A stretch of DNA of 46,550 nucleotides from a virus, in the UHGV virus genome UHGV-0289467; one strand, written 5' to 3'. The position numbers were made by a program, and so were the translations under genes. Numbering within the stretch: the stretch's first letter is position 1; each line of letters starts with the position of its first letter. The notes beneath the pieces were generated by a model that did no database searches, was not told where the DNA came from, and worked only from the letters and a program-made list of their open reading frames with translations. Positions 8,653-17,854 of this stretch are shown in pieces.

Positions 8653-8705
8653 TTTTATCATAATCCTATTGACGTAGATTGAATCGTAGGCGATGATGTA
8701 GTTAC
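8653..8705 (+). promoter_or_regulatory. promoter module TTTTATCATAA-N5-TTGACGTAGATTGA
   Basis: conserved block shared with 43168-43196; TTGACG -35-like at 8669-8674; divergent region between lysis cassette and plus island. Confidence 0.5.
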
Positions 8706-8725
8706 ACAAACACAGGGGATTCAAG

Positions 8726-9016
8726 ATGAAAAAATTTATCGTAGTGGCGGTATTCGCAATGGCTTCATTTGGCGCATCGGCTGGCGAACTTTGCGATGCA
8801 ATGGGCAAGCTCGGCCAGACAGCAGCAGAAGCGCGTGATGCGGGCGTACCGAAGCAGGTTGCGCTGGCGGTGTCGGTTAGCAGCAAGGCGAGCGCAGAGG
8901 CCAACGAAATCAACAAGGCAACCGTTGAGGCCGCATACCAGATGACAAATAAAACGCCGAAAGAAATGTTTGTCATTGCGCGTGATATCTGCATCTCAAC
9001 ATTCGGTAATAATTAA
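8726..9016 (+). CDS. small secreted (periplasmic) protein
   Basis: 96 aa; N-terminal signal peptide MKKFIVVAVFAMASFGASA|GE (signal peptidase I type), Ala/Lys-rich mature part. Confidence 0.5.
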   Translation: MKKFIVVAVFAMASFGASAGELCDAMGKLGQTAAEARDAGVPKQVALAVSVSSKASAEANEINKATVEAAYQMTNKTPKEMFVIARDICISTFGNN

Positions 9017-9143
9017 TGTGCCCGCGCCTGATGCTTAAGGCACGCAATCGCTACGTTAAGCTGGTGATGCGCGGCATGGATGAGCATGCAGCATGGATGA
9101 ATGTGATGGGTGAACTGAAAAGCATTTATAACGGAGATAAGAA

Positions 9144-10094
9144 ATGAAGCTGATTGATATTTTGGTTGAAGAACTGCCGAAGCGTGATGGCTGGCCGGTG
9201 GGTGTTTGCGAAATCTCTACACATGCATCCGGACGAGTGTTCTTTGATGGTCGATTCGCGCCGCGGGGGTTTTCTTTACCTATGGCATCCGACGCATGGA
9301 ACAAATATAAACACCCGCGCAGTTACACAAATGCGGTCAAACGCGACCAGTACGAAGCCGCGCTGGCTGCGAGTAAGCGCCGCGATCATAAGTGGATTCC
9401 AAGCGAGGGAAGAACGCAATCTGGTTATCTTTGTAGTAAATGTGGTAACTATGACGGCCCTGGTTATGACTGGATTGATTGGGGTGGTGGCGAATGCCCA
9501 GTGCCGACAGGAACTCTGGTTGATGTAAAATGGCGAGATGGAAGAATTGACGATGGTATTCCAGCCAAAATAAGCCATGATCTGGACTCATCAAAGCGTA
9601 ACGCAATTAGCTGGCGACATCATGGAAATTCTCACGACATCATCTCCTACCGTCTGCACCAGCCTCAGGAAGCGGAACAAACCGAAGCGGATGACAAAGC
9701 CGACCTGAATGAGTGTATCGGCCAGGATGCTGCACCGGTTTGGAATGGCGAAGGCTTGCCGCCGGTTGGCGAAAAGGTTATTTTCTTTATCAATCCGCGT
9801 TTTGATTATACTACTCAAGGAATGCCTGCCGAAGGACGTGAGATTGAAGTGGTGGCACATAAAAAAACATCAGATGGCAATGATGTTGCCGTTTGCTATT
9901 GGGATGAGAATGGTGGAGGAAGAGCAGTATGCCTTGTCCCGGAGAGTTTGATGCCAGCAAAATCTGAAGACGATCGGAAGCGCGAAGAGGCTGTGAAGGC
10001 AATTACGCTAACAGGATGGTGTCAGGCTGCCGCTGAGGAAATTTACGACCTCGTTGCTGCTGGAAAAGTGCCGGGAATGAAGCTGGGGGATTAA
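9144..10094 (+). CDS. hypothetical protein (316 aa)
   Basis: long ORF with RBS; contains CSKCGN…GGGEC Cys cluster; no family recognised. Confidence 0.45.
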   Translation: MKLIDILVEELPKRDGWPVGVCEISTHASGRVFFDGRFAPRGFSLPMASDAWNKYKHPRSYTNAVKRDQYEAALAASKRRDHKWIPSEGRTQSGYLCSKCGNYDGPGYDWIDWGGGECPVPTGTLVDVKWRDGRIDDGIPAKISHDLDSSKRNAISWRHHGNSHDIISYRLHQPQEAEQTEADDKADLNECIGQDAAPVWNGEGLPPVGEKVIFFINPRFDYTTQGMPAEGREIEVVAHKKTSDGNDVAVCYWDENGGGRAVCLVPESLMPAKSEDDRKREEAVKAITLTGWCQAAAEEIYDLVAAGKVPGMKLGD

Positions 10095-10216
10095 TGATTA
10101 TCATCTGCGTGGCATGCAAGCACGAACATCACAACCGCGACAGAATTGAAAAGCCAGGTATTCAATATACGATGTGCCCAAAGTGTGGTTGCGGAGGGTT
10201 CATTAAAAAAAGTTAA
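10094..10216 (+). CDS. small zinc-ribbon protein (40 aa)
   Basis: MIIICVACKHEH…CPKCGCGG: CxxC…CxxC; TAATG coupling; followed by terminator. Confidence 0.35.
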   Translation: MIIICVACKHEHHNRDRIEKPGIQYTMCPKCGCGGFIKKS

Positions 10217-10218
10217 CA

Positions 10219-10245
10219 GAGGCCGCCGTCAGGCGGCTTTCTTGT
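10219..10245. terminator. rho-independent terminator
   Basis: GGCCGCCgtcaGGCGGCTTTCTT hairpin. Confidence 0.6.
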
Positions 10246-11173
10246 GTGTGTCCTGCCATGCCTCACGCTGCTTATCGAGCCTTTCCTGCGTCCTCTCAAG
10301 TATCACCGGCTTGCCATCCATCACCAGCGCCGGAGTCTGTGCGCAGTGGCAGTTGCGGCGGTTTGCTCCCTCGCTGTAGAACTCATCAATCTCTTCGGGG
10401 GTGTAATACTTCCCGTGACGCGCGGCATGAGTGACGCGGGTGGTTTTCATAAGCGCCGACTGCCAGAGCATGATGACGTCCATGCCCAGCGTGACCTGCG
10501 CCTCTTTCACTTCGCGCCTGTTAGCCTCACGTAGGGTGTTTGTGATTTCAGTCTGAGCAATGGAGTGCGCGTAACTCCTTGATACGTCCATGCGGTTAAC
10601 GATGTTTTGCTCAACCACTCCGGGCGCGTCGCCATTTGCAATGCCAGCAGTGATGACCTCTGCCACCTGCTGCCGCGTGTAATCAGAGAGACCACCCCAG
10701 TCGTTATACGTGCGCGTGTACGCAAGCTGAAGTCGGTCGAGATACGGCTGAGAGTACAGGATTTCAGCAAGCGACCTGCTGTCTTTGTATGCTGACGACA
10801 GGTCACTCAGGTCTGAGTTTGCTTTCTGCGTACCGGCATACATGGCGTCGCTGACATAGGATGAGGCCCACATCCTGCCATGCGTGAAATCATCGCCTTC
10901 CAGCAGCTGGCTATCAAGAATGCGCTGAAGCTCATCAAAGAATGTCGATGCGCGGTAGGCGGAGAAATCATAATAATAATTTCCAGCCTCAGCATTGCCG
11001 GTCGCCACAGGAATAGTGCGGAACAGATCGGCAACCTTCGATTTTAACGTCACATATCTGGCGTCAACATCGCGCACCATCTTATTGACGCGACCCACTG
11101 CGCCGAGCGGGTCTGTCAGGCTCATGCTTAATTTTGGCTGCGGAAGCCTGGCATTAATTTTGAGGAGGCGCAT
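10229..11173 (-). CDS. head morphogenesis protein (SPP1 gp7 / Mu F-like minor head protein)
   Basis: position immediately downstream of portal; central segment …[30 protein letters not shown]… matches the conserved Mu-F/gp7 core; start uncertain (ATG 11173 or 11125). Confidence 0.6.
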   Translation of the reverse strand: MRLLKINARLPQPKLSMSLTDPLGAVGRVNKMVRDVDARYVTLKSKVADLFRTIPVATGNAEAGNYYYDFSAYRASTFFDELQRILDSQLLEGDDFTHGRMWASSYVSDAMYAGTQKANSDLSDLSSAYKDSRSLAEILYSQPYLDRLQLAYTRTYNDWGGLSDYTRQQVAEVITAGIANGDAPGVVEQNIVNRMDVSRSYAHSIAQTEITNTLREANRREVKEAQVTLGMDVIMLWQSALMKTTRVTHAARHGKYYTPEEIDEFYSEGANRRNCHCAQTPALVMDGKPVILERTQERLDKQREAWQDTHKKAA

Positions 11174-12596
11174 CAGTCTGGCCCTGCTGTTGGTCTTGCT
11201 GTGATTGCTGCTGCTGACCTTCCTGCAATCCTTCAGGAAGCCGCTCTTCCAGAGGCTCCATACCAACAATGCCACGCATCTCATCGGCGGTAATCAGAGC
11301 CATCTGACCTGCGTCGAATACGGATTTGTTTGCAGTGGCCAGCTTAACCAGCAGGTCGGCCTTGTTCAGCTCGGAAGGTGCAAGCAGGTCATCCCATTTG
11401 CAGTAATAACCGCTCTCCGGTGCCTTGTCCAGAATGCCAAAGGAAATCATCCGGTCAATGAACACCGAGATGATGTAGTCCAGCCAGTCCTCGCGGCGCT
11501 GTTTGGCGCTCATGGCGTCGTCGGTTTTATCCTCATCGGATGCAAGGCGGCCAGTCTGCTGACCAAACAGGATGGTGAATGGCTTCCTAACGGATGCCGC
11601 AAACTGGTTGGCCGCAATAGTCCAGGTTGGCCCTGGGTCAGCTGGCGTCACTGAGAGCACCTTGACATCAGCGCCCATTGTGAACATTGCCGCGTCAATC
11701 GCCTCATTCAGGCGCGCCACATCCTCATTGAGCACATCTGCCAGTTCTTCCAGCGGCACGCCCATTTGCTGTGCCAGAGACTGTGCGGAAACGCTGTCTT
11801 TATTATAATTAACGTTGAGCTGTCTGCTTGCATTTTTCAGGAAGCCCTCGGCGCTTGAGCCGGTGACTTTCGCCATGTCGATGAGGTGGTTATACCCGGC
11901 GCGCAGAAGCGGAACGCCAGAGTAAATGGAACCATCCATCGCGCCTTCGGCAAATACGATAACGCGATCGGGATGAATGCTCAGGGAGCGCGTTGGTTTG
12001 CCGTCGCTGTTGCAGGCGCCGACTACCGACTCCTGATATTCGTACATCTTCGGCTGACCATAGTCTTCGCTGGCTTCGTCATTTTCCCATTCACTGACGC
12101 GGAGTTGCTCTTCCCACGCCGGAATATAACGGACAATGGCAGCATCCTTGATGCGTCTTGTTTTCGTGGTGTCTACCGGCTCATTCCATTGCTTTCCATC
12201 ACGGATTTGCAGGATGAGGCCGGAATAGCGATTGATGAGGTTGCGGCGGTCTGCATCCTTAATGAACGGCGCAGCGCGCTTAAACAACTTATTGGCAGCC
12301 TTCTCCCACGGAGTGCTTGCTTTATCATCGGCGCCCTCCTGAAGGATTTGCGGCGGAGTCTGCCAGCACTTATCGAGCACGCGATTAACGCCAGCTGTTG
12401 CCGGTGCGTAGCGCTCATAGGCATAGCGGAACATCTCGGCGGTGATTTCTTCAGGATAGCCACATTCGACATACAGTCGGGTGTGCTTTTGGTCTATGTT
12501 TACACCGCCAAACTCCCGGCGCTGCCGCTCGATGAGCCTGTTATTGTTCGCCACTCTCTGCTGAATATAGGCGTTTACCGCCTCTAACTTTGACAT
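11154..12596 (-). CDS. portal protein
   Basis: 480 aa acidic ORF between terminase-side genes and minor head gene, Gln-rich C-terminus; canonical position. Confidence 0.7.
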   Translation of the reverse strand: MSKLEAVNAYIQQRVANNNRLIERQRREFGGVNIDQKHTRLYVECGYPEEITAEMFRYAYERYAPATAGVNRVLDKCWQTPPQILQEGADDKASTPWEKAANKLFKRAAPFIKDADRRNLINRYSGLILQIRDGKQWNEPVDTTKTRRIKDAAIVRYIPAWEEQLRVSEWENDEASEDYGQPKMYEYQESVVGACNSDGKPTRSLSIHPDRVIVFAEGAMDGSIYSGVPLLRAGYNHLIDMAKVTGSSAEGFLKNASRQLNVNYNKDSVSAQSLAQQMGVPLEELADVLNEDVARLNEAIDAAMFTMGADVKVLSVTPADPGPTWTIAANQFAASVRKPFTILFGQQTGRLASDEDKTDDAMSAKQRREDWLDYIISVFIDRMISFGILDKAPESGYYCKWDDLLAPSELNKADLLVKLATANKSVFDAGQMALITADEMRGIVGMEPLEERLPEGLQEGQQQQSQQDQQQGQTDAPPQN

Positions 12597-12602
12597 TTCG
12601 TC

Positions 12603-12634
12603 ACCATAAAAAATCCCATCGCATGGATGGGATT
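12603..12634 (-). terminator. rho-independent terminator (minus strand)
   Basis: ATCCCATC-gcatgg-GATGGGAT hairpin followed on minus strand by TTTTTTAT. Confidence 0.55.
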
Positions 12635-12643
12635 ATAGCATGA

Positions 12644-12892
12644 TTACTTGTTGCGATTATGGTATGCGGGGTAGAAGCTACTTAGCGGGAAAACCCAGAA
12701 TCTAAACAGCATCTCATCATATGATGGAACTTGATCATGAAATTTTTTCCCGGCGTCATATCCATTCGGGTCATGATGATAGAAAAATTCCATGAACTCG
12801 CGCCTCGTTTTATATACCATGTTGTTTCTGATGAGCATGTAGAAAAGGAATGCCAAAGCCATCAACAAAAGGAAAAGAATGATATCCATCAC
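12644..12892 (-). CDS. small membrane protein
   Basis: 82 aa, N-terminal TM (IILFLLLMALAFLFYMLI). Confidence 0.45.
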   Translation of the reverse strand: MMDIILFLLLMALAFLFYMLIRNNMVYKTRREFMEFFYHHDPNGYDAGKKFHDQVPSYDEMLFRFWVFPLSSFYPAYHNRNK

Positions 12893-12898
12893 TTCACC

Positions 12899-13102
12899 TC
12901 AATCAATTTTACTAAGAAACAACGCGCCAACCATAGACGCAACCAGCATGAAAACTGCAATACGCAGCACGCCGATATTCATGATATCGCTCAACATCGG
13001 TGGCTGCCACTTGATGAACCAGCAGACCGGGAAGGCCAGTGCGAAGCATGACATGAATACCGAGAATAGTAAGGCCCACGCTAAAAGGAATCGTTTCATC
13101 AC
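12899..13102 (-). CDS. small membrane protein (2 TM)
   Basis: 67 aa almost entirely hydrophobic. Confidence 0.45.
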   Translation of the reverse strand: MMKRFLLAWALLFSVFMSCFALAFPVCWFIKWQPPMLSDIMNIGVLRIAVFMLVASMVGALFLSKID

Positions 13103-13293
13103 TCAATCTCCTCGCCATCAACCCAGCGTTGCAGCACTTCGATAAGCTGTGCGGCCTGGTGTTTGTCTATGCCAATAAATGACTCAACACCGGAGCCATT
13201 CTCTTGATACAACTCCACGACAGGTGTTCCATCCTCAAGTTCTTGCGCAGTTACGTGCATGTCATATGCGTTTTCTGTTTCTTCAATAATCAT
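13099..13293 (-). CDS. hypothetical acidic protein
   Basis: 64 aa, coupled. Confidence 0.4.
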   Translation of the reverse strand: MIIEETENAYDMHVTAQELEDGTPVVELYQENGSGVESFIGIDKHQAAQLIEVLQRWVDGEEIE

Positions 13294-13529
13294 AAATCAC
13301 CACCCTCATCGTTATTTAACTCAACATTCCGAAAGAAATCGTTAATCGTCTTCATCCCACTGTAACCACGGCGCCGCTGCAGCTCACACAGCACCTCATC
13401 ATACATGCGCAGTAGGATGGCCTCATCCACATCGTACCTTTCGCACAGCGCCTCATCAGACACGCCAGCTCTTGCTAGTGAGTATATTTTCTCCTTCTGC
13501 TCCCACGAAAAAGATGAGTATGCCTTCAT
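13290..13529 (-). CDS. hypothetical protein
   Basis: 79 aa, coupled. Confidence 0.4.
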   Translation of the reverse strand: MKAYSSFSWEQKEKIYSLARAGVSDEALCERYDVDEAILLRMYDEVLCELQRRRGYSGMKTINDFFRNVELNNDEGGDL

Positions 13530-13562
13530 GATGCCCCGGTGATGTAGTTATGTCAATGCGCC

Positions 13563-13597
13563 TTGACGTAGATTCTAGCATGGCGTAGATTAAAATG
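13563..13597 (+). promoter_or_regulatory. sigma70-type promoter TTGACG-N17-TAGATT
   Basis: TTGACG 13563-13568, 17-bp spacer, TAGATT 13586-13591, then RBS/ATG of 13618 gene. Confidence 0.5.
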
Positions 13598-13617
13598 AAA
13601 CCTCTCGGAGAAATCTT

Positions 13618-13908
13618 ATGAAATGTGTCATTTTTGAGCTTGATGGTGTGCTGCGCGATGCTGAAGGCAATGCTATTGCTGGCAACGTAGCGCTTGCTAA
13701 GTCGCTCTACTCTGCCGGTCATGATGTGCTTATCATGAGGGCAAAGCATGCGTATGAGTGGCTGCATGCTAACGATGTTTTCTATGATGACATCATGGCT
13801 TCGCACCAGCAGGTTTACGCTGACAGGGTGGCAATGGCGGTCGTTTCTGATGATGTGATTTATGCCGCCATGCGTAATGCGGGGATTCACTGCTGGCTTT
13901 ACAAATAA
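13618..13908 (+). CDS. hypothetical protein with HAD motif-I-like N-terminus
   Basis: 96 aa; VIFELDGVLRD resembles HAD hydrolase motif I (hhhhDxDGTL) but first Asp is Glu and protein is too short for a full HAD fold. Confidence 0.4.
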   Translation: MKCVIFELDGVLRDAEGNAIAGNVALAKSLYSAGHDVLIMRAKHAYEWLHANDVFYDDIMASHQQVYADRVAMAVVSDDVIYAAMRNAGIHCWLYK

Positions 13909-13921
13909 TTTATTATAAATG

Positions 13922-13956
13922 TTGACGTTGATTCATGGTTGATGTAGATTGTAGTC
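13922..13956 (+). promoter_or_regulatory. sigma70-type promoter TTGACG-N17-TAGATT
   Basis: TTGACG 13922-13927, 17-bp spacer, TAGATT 13945-13950. Confidence 0.5.
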
Positions 13957-13996
13957 ATTGAGGCGGCTCGGGGCCGAGAATGAATGAGGTGCAAAG

Positions 13997-14329
13997 ATGC
14001 AATATCAAGAACGTACTGCTGAATTACAAAACTTATATGCGGTTCGCGTAATAAATATGGTTTTAATGGGGATTGAGGTTAGTAAGTCGTCATACGTTGA
14101 TCGCTTTATTTACTCACTCTACAACGGCGTTAAATCTAATTGGGATGAAGATTGCACATGGACTGAGCACTTTGTTGAAAAACTTACCGAGGAGCGTGAG
14201 TCAATAAAAAATGGCTCTTATTGGAAGATGGGAGATTTTTTTAGATTAATTGCTGCTGAAGATAAGGAGTTCTGGGAGGCGATATGTGTCCCATTTAAAA
14301 CATGGAAAAGCATTCAGCTTTGCAATTGA
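13997..14329 (+). CDS. hypothetical protein
   Basis: 110 aa, RBS present, followed by terminator. Confidence 0.4.
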   Translation: MQYQERTAELQNLYAVRVINMVLMGIEVSKSSYVDRFIYSLYNGVKSNWDEDCTWTEHFVEKLTEERESIKNGSYWKMGDFFRLIAAEDKEFWEAICVPFKTWKSIQLCN

Positions 14330-14338
14330 TTACAGCTA

Positions 14339-14360
14339 GGCCCCGCAACGGGGCTTTTTC
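14339..14360. terminator. bidirectional rho-independent terminator
   Basis: GGCCCCGcaaCGGGGCTTTTTCTT. Confidence 0.7.
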
Positions 14361-16895
14361 TTATCTCCTGCTCCTTCTAATCCATCCAGAGCCTCGCTGT
14401 ACGATGTGATCGTTGCATGCATATCTGATTGCGTCAATGAAGTGGTTCCACGCATCCACAATATTTGTGAGCACGTTACCCGTCAGCTTGTCCACCTTGT
14501 AACTGTACATAGTGAACTCTTCCTGAGTCTGTGTGCAGCGGTCATGAATGATGATGCTGTCGCAACCCCTGAGCCAGGTTACACCCTCCTCCACGCTCCC
14601 GGGCCACTTATTGCATGGATGGATATCAAATCCTGCGCGTTTGATGTGACTGATTGTTTCTGGCCGAGAGCAGTCCCCATACCATCTTGCCTTCCTGGAG
14701 AGTGGGAATGATTGCTCCATCGCTGTAGGTGTGTCGGTAATCTCAAGGCCTACACGGCCGTATTCGCGCGCGACGTAAAGATTGCGTCGGTCATCAGGAA
14801 GTTTCTCAATGTAAACCTCAACCATCGCCGTTGCGTCCTGCGAGAATCCAAAGTCGATGCCAAAGTAAGGCCCATGCCATTCCGGCTTAACCTCGAAATC
14901 AGCAACGCGCCACTTACCGCCAAATACCTGCTCATCATTACGCTTATTAAAGCGCCCACCCCACACCCATTGATAGCGGTCGAAGTCGGTTTCTTTCATG
15001 CGCTGCATTTGGCTTGGGAGCGGAGTATCCCAGAACCACGGATTGTCTGAGTAATTACACTCGATAATCAGGTTTTCATCATCCTCATAGATGCCGCCAT
15101 TTTCGCGCAATTTATTATAAAAAGGCTCAACCCATATTTTCCACGTCGGGTCATGCTCTTTATTTGGGTTGAAAGTCACCCATATCTCTGACCCTTCAGC
15201 GCGGACTGTTGGGGTGAGGATTTCCCAGCTTGTCTGGCTGACGTTTTCCGCCTCCTCGACCCAAGCTACTGTAATGCCAGCGAAGCCTTTAACGGTCGTC
15301 TGGTTGCGATACAGCCCCTTAAATCTGAATTTTGCCTTCGTGCCTTTGTGGGTTATCTCATTATTGATGACGCGAAACTCTTTCGTTTCTCCCTTGCGAT
15401 CAATTTCGTCCTTCAGTTCCTGATATGAGCTATCTTCAATGGACTGCTGAATCTCACGAAAACAAGCTATCCTGTCAGGCTTAAAGCGTGCACGCTCCGT
15501 AAGTATTGTTGTTACTGTCCTTGTTTTTCCGCTGTTGTGTGTAACCGTGCCATCAGCAAGCAAGAAAAGATGATCGCCATCAAGAGTGAACCCAGCGTAT
15601 TCACCATGCCCGACATAAGACAATGACACCTCAGTCATCTTTCCACGGGTTGACTTGGTTTTCTCTGCTATCTTCCTTTTTACTCGGCATGGGATTGTAT
15701 GAAGGTCACCACTAACGAACACCTCCCATACGTCCTTTTCGTATATTCTTTTCTCACCTTTATATTCAAAGGTGATATCAGTCTTTTTGATTATGCTTGA
15801 CTTGAAGCCAAGCGATCTTGCCACATCCATCAAAGAGAAGGCCATTTCTTTATTTATTGATGTGAAAGAATAGCTTTTCTTTTTCTGGTCATAATGCGAA
15901 TCAGTATCCAATAGCCCAGCCAGAATCTGAAGTCTTACCTCTCTGCTGTTTTTGATATAGCAGTCAGGTATGTGTTTATTATTAATCACCCCAAGCTGCT
16001 GCATTTTAGTTAGTAACGGGTTGGTGTTCTTCCCCATGCCAGCAGCTCGACCATTAGTTATCGCATAGACAGGGCATCTATCATCGTCGCGAACCTTTAC
16101 CTGCATCCCGTATTGGCTTGCCACATTGTGAATGTAGTCAACTATCTCTGGATCAGGCGTGCACACTTCAACACCACGAGATGAACCATCACCTAACCAT
16201 AAACCAAGAAAGTACGGGTCAACTGGGACGCTTTGGTAATTAAAATCCCATCCTGTTCGCCACCCTTTAAAGACATGGCGGAACTTTTTGGAAGTTGCGC
16301 GCGACAAATATTCTGAAACACCAATATTCAGTATTTCAGGTTCATTCGGGTAATAACGATAAATTCTTTTACCATCCGGTGTTTTTGTCTCGTCACTGAT
16401 AGCAGATGGAATCTTTCGTAATGACAGTATGTGACTTGAGTTGACAGTGTAGTCATCAGCATATTTTTGATGAACCGTATACATGTCATCAAACCCCCGA
16501 CAGATGTTTAAAACATTTCGTGGTTTACTGTCTGGACCCATAACCTTATCGCCAACAACGATATCCTCTACGCGTTTTAGGCTACCATCAAACATCCTCA
16601 CCATCGTGCCGATGGCTAAGCATCCGCGCCCGCCAAACACAATCTTATTACGCTTGGGGTAAAGTAGCTTTTCCAGCTTTTCTGGTATCAGGTGATCAAC
16701 GCCAATATCAGAGTCGCTAACGTCATCAACTCCGCTTTGCGTCATTTTTAGTTTGCGAACAATCTGCTTATCTGTATTAACAACACCGAACACCGCAGAT
16801 TCAGGCGCATCAATCACGCCATCGCCAATAATCTCTTCGAGTTTTTCAATTGCTGGTGCTGAGAGTCTTTTGCGTGCCATATATAGATTCCTCAT
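14361..16895 (-). CDS. terminase large subunit, interrupted by an intein
   Basis: 844-aa ORF; N-extein ends …IVFGGRG, C-extein begins SGKTRTV… which rejoin to the Walker A box GGRGSGKT; C-terminal nuclease-like part; downstream of TerS. Confidence 0.9.
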   Translation of the reverse strand: MRNLYMARKRLSAPAIEKLEEIIGDGVIDAPESAVFGVVNTDKQIVRKLKMTQSGVDDVSDSDIGVDHLIPEKLEKLLYPKRNKIVFGGRGCLAIGTMVRMFDGSLKRVEDIVVGDKVMGPDSKPRNVLNICRGFDDMYTVHQKYADDYTVNSSHILSLRKIPSAISDETKTPDGKRIYRYYPNEPEILNIGVSEYLSRATSKKFRHVFKGWRTGWDFNYQSVPVDPYFLGLWLGDGSSRGVEVCTPDPEIVDYIHNVASQYGMQVKVRDDDRCPVYAITNGRAAGMGKNTNPLLTKMQQLGVINNKHIPDCYIKNSREVRLQILAGLLDTDSHYDQKKKSYSFTSINKEMAFSLMDVARSLGFKSSIIKKTDITFEYKGEKRIYEKDVWEVFVSGDLHTIPCRVKRKIAEKTKSTRGKMTEVSLSYVGHGEYAGFTLDGDHLFLLADGTVTHNSGKTRTVTTILTERARFKPDRIACFREIQQSIEDSSYQELKDEIDRKGETKEFRVINNEITHKGTKAKFRFKGLYRNQTTVKGFAGITVAWVEEAENVSQTSWEILTPTVRAEGSEIWVTFNPNKEHDPTWKIWVEPFYNKLRENGGIYEDDENLIIECNYSDNPWFWDTPLPSQMQRMKETDFDRYQWVWGGRFNKRNDEQVFGGKWRVADFEVKPEWHGPYFGIDFGFSQDATAMVEVYIEKLPDDRRNLYVAREYGRVGLEITDTPTAMEQSFPLSRKARWYGDCSRPETISHIKRAGFDIHPCNKWPGSVEEGVTWLRGCDSIIIHDRCTQTQEEFTMYSYKVDKLTGNVLTNIVDAWNHFIDAIRYACNDHIVQRGSGWIRRSRR
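15534..16622 (-). mobile_element. intein (363 aa) with LAGLIDADG homing endonuclease, inserted in the TerL P-loop
   Basis: starts with Cys (CLAIGTMV… block A), ends …LLADGTVTHN followed by Ser (+1); two LAGLIDADG motifs (FLGLWLGDGS and LAGLLDTDSH) in the middle. Confidence 0.85.
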
Positions 16896-16979
16896 CAGGG
16901 CATCATTGAAGTGAATGCGGCAGGCGGTGATGAGTCGCTTTTCGGGTGCCCCCTAGCCGCATTGATTATTATAAATCAG

Positions 16980-17396
16980 TTACTGTTGCTGCTCCAGTAA
17001 TTTCTCCAGTCGCTCAAGGCGTGCCGCAAGCTCGGTGACTTCCGCTACGTCAAGGCCGGTCTTAATAACTTCGGCAAACATCTTACCGATGTCGGCGGGA
17101 ATAATGCCGGATGCAATGCCACGAATGACTGCGTCAATCTTCTCTACCGGCGTACCTTCATCAGGGAAGTCAACCTCAAATACAGGGGCTACGGGCTTTG
17201 GTAGGGGGCTAAATCGCACGATAAGCTCTTTCATCATTGCAGTGTCGCGTTGATTAATAGCCATATCAACGATGGTGTCGTAAAGCGTCTCCTCGGTAAA
17301 CCCTTTTCGCTCTAGCGCCTCAATAAGCAGCTTGCGTTTGTCTTTCCCTCGCTTATTTGGTGGTTGATTTTCGCTACTGAATAGTTTTTTAGCCAT
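16980..17396 (-). CDS. terminase small subunit
   Basis: 138 aa basic N-terminus (NKRGKDKRKLLIEALERKGFTE), directly upstream of TerL. Confidence 0.65.
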   Translation of the reverse strand: MAKKLFSSENQPPNKRGKDKRKLLIEALERKGFTEETLYDTIVDMAINQRDTAMMKELIVRFSPLPKPVAPVFEVDFPDEGTPVEKIDAVIRGIASGIIPADIGKMFAEVIKTGLDVAEVTELAARLERLEKLLEQQQ

Positions 17397-17470
17397 AGAT
17401 AAAGCCTATCAATATTTCGCTATTTTTCCGTTATTCGATATTATATCAGATTCTACACCATGTCGCATGG

Positions 17471-17500
17471 CCAATAAAAAATAACCCGCCGAAGCGGGTT
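17471..17500 (-). terminator. rho-independent terminator (minus strand)
   Basis: AACCCGCcgaaGCGGGTT hairpin followed on minus strand by TTTTTTATTGG. Confidence 0.55.
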
Positions 17501-17693
17501 AAAGGGTGGTGGGTGATGATTGATGAGATGATTGTACATCAGTTTTCGCATAACACCAAACATTACAGTTATTGCTTTGAACGTGAACCACCTCAATCGC
17601 ATCAGGAAAGGCTTTGGCGATTGCTGCTATGAAGTGGTCTACGCCTTCAATCTGCGCAGCTTGCCATACCTCCCGCTTTGATTTTTGCGGCAT
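17499..17693 (-). CDS. hypothetical protein
   Basis: 64 aa ORF. Confidence 0.35.
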   Translation of the reverse strand: MPQKSKREVWQAAQIEGVDHFIAAIAKAFPDAIEVVHVQSNNCNVWCYAKTDVQSSHQSSPTTL

Positions 17694-17696
17694 TAC

Positions 17697-17852
17697 TGAT
17701 ACCTCGTAGTTGAGTACATATACCGAAGCATACTGTTATGCTCAACCACCATCATCATGCTGCCAACCTGAATGACGGCATGATGCTTCCCGGTCTCCTC
17801 ATAAAGAAAGTCAGCCTCTTCACACGCTGCCTGAATATCGCTCCACAGCATA
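17697..17852 (-). CDS. hypothetical small protein (51 aa)
   Basis: below track cutoff; GAGGTG RBS before ATG at 17852. Confidence 0.3.
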
Positions 17853-17854
17853 AA

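Noticed and set aside
10807-11204. Short ORFs 10807-11034(-), 10995-11204(+), 10507-10806(-) inside the minor head gene
   Set aside because: They are nested or antisense within a conserved structural gene and show no translation signals.
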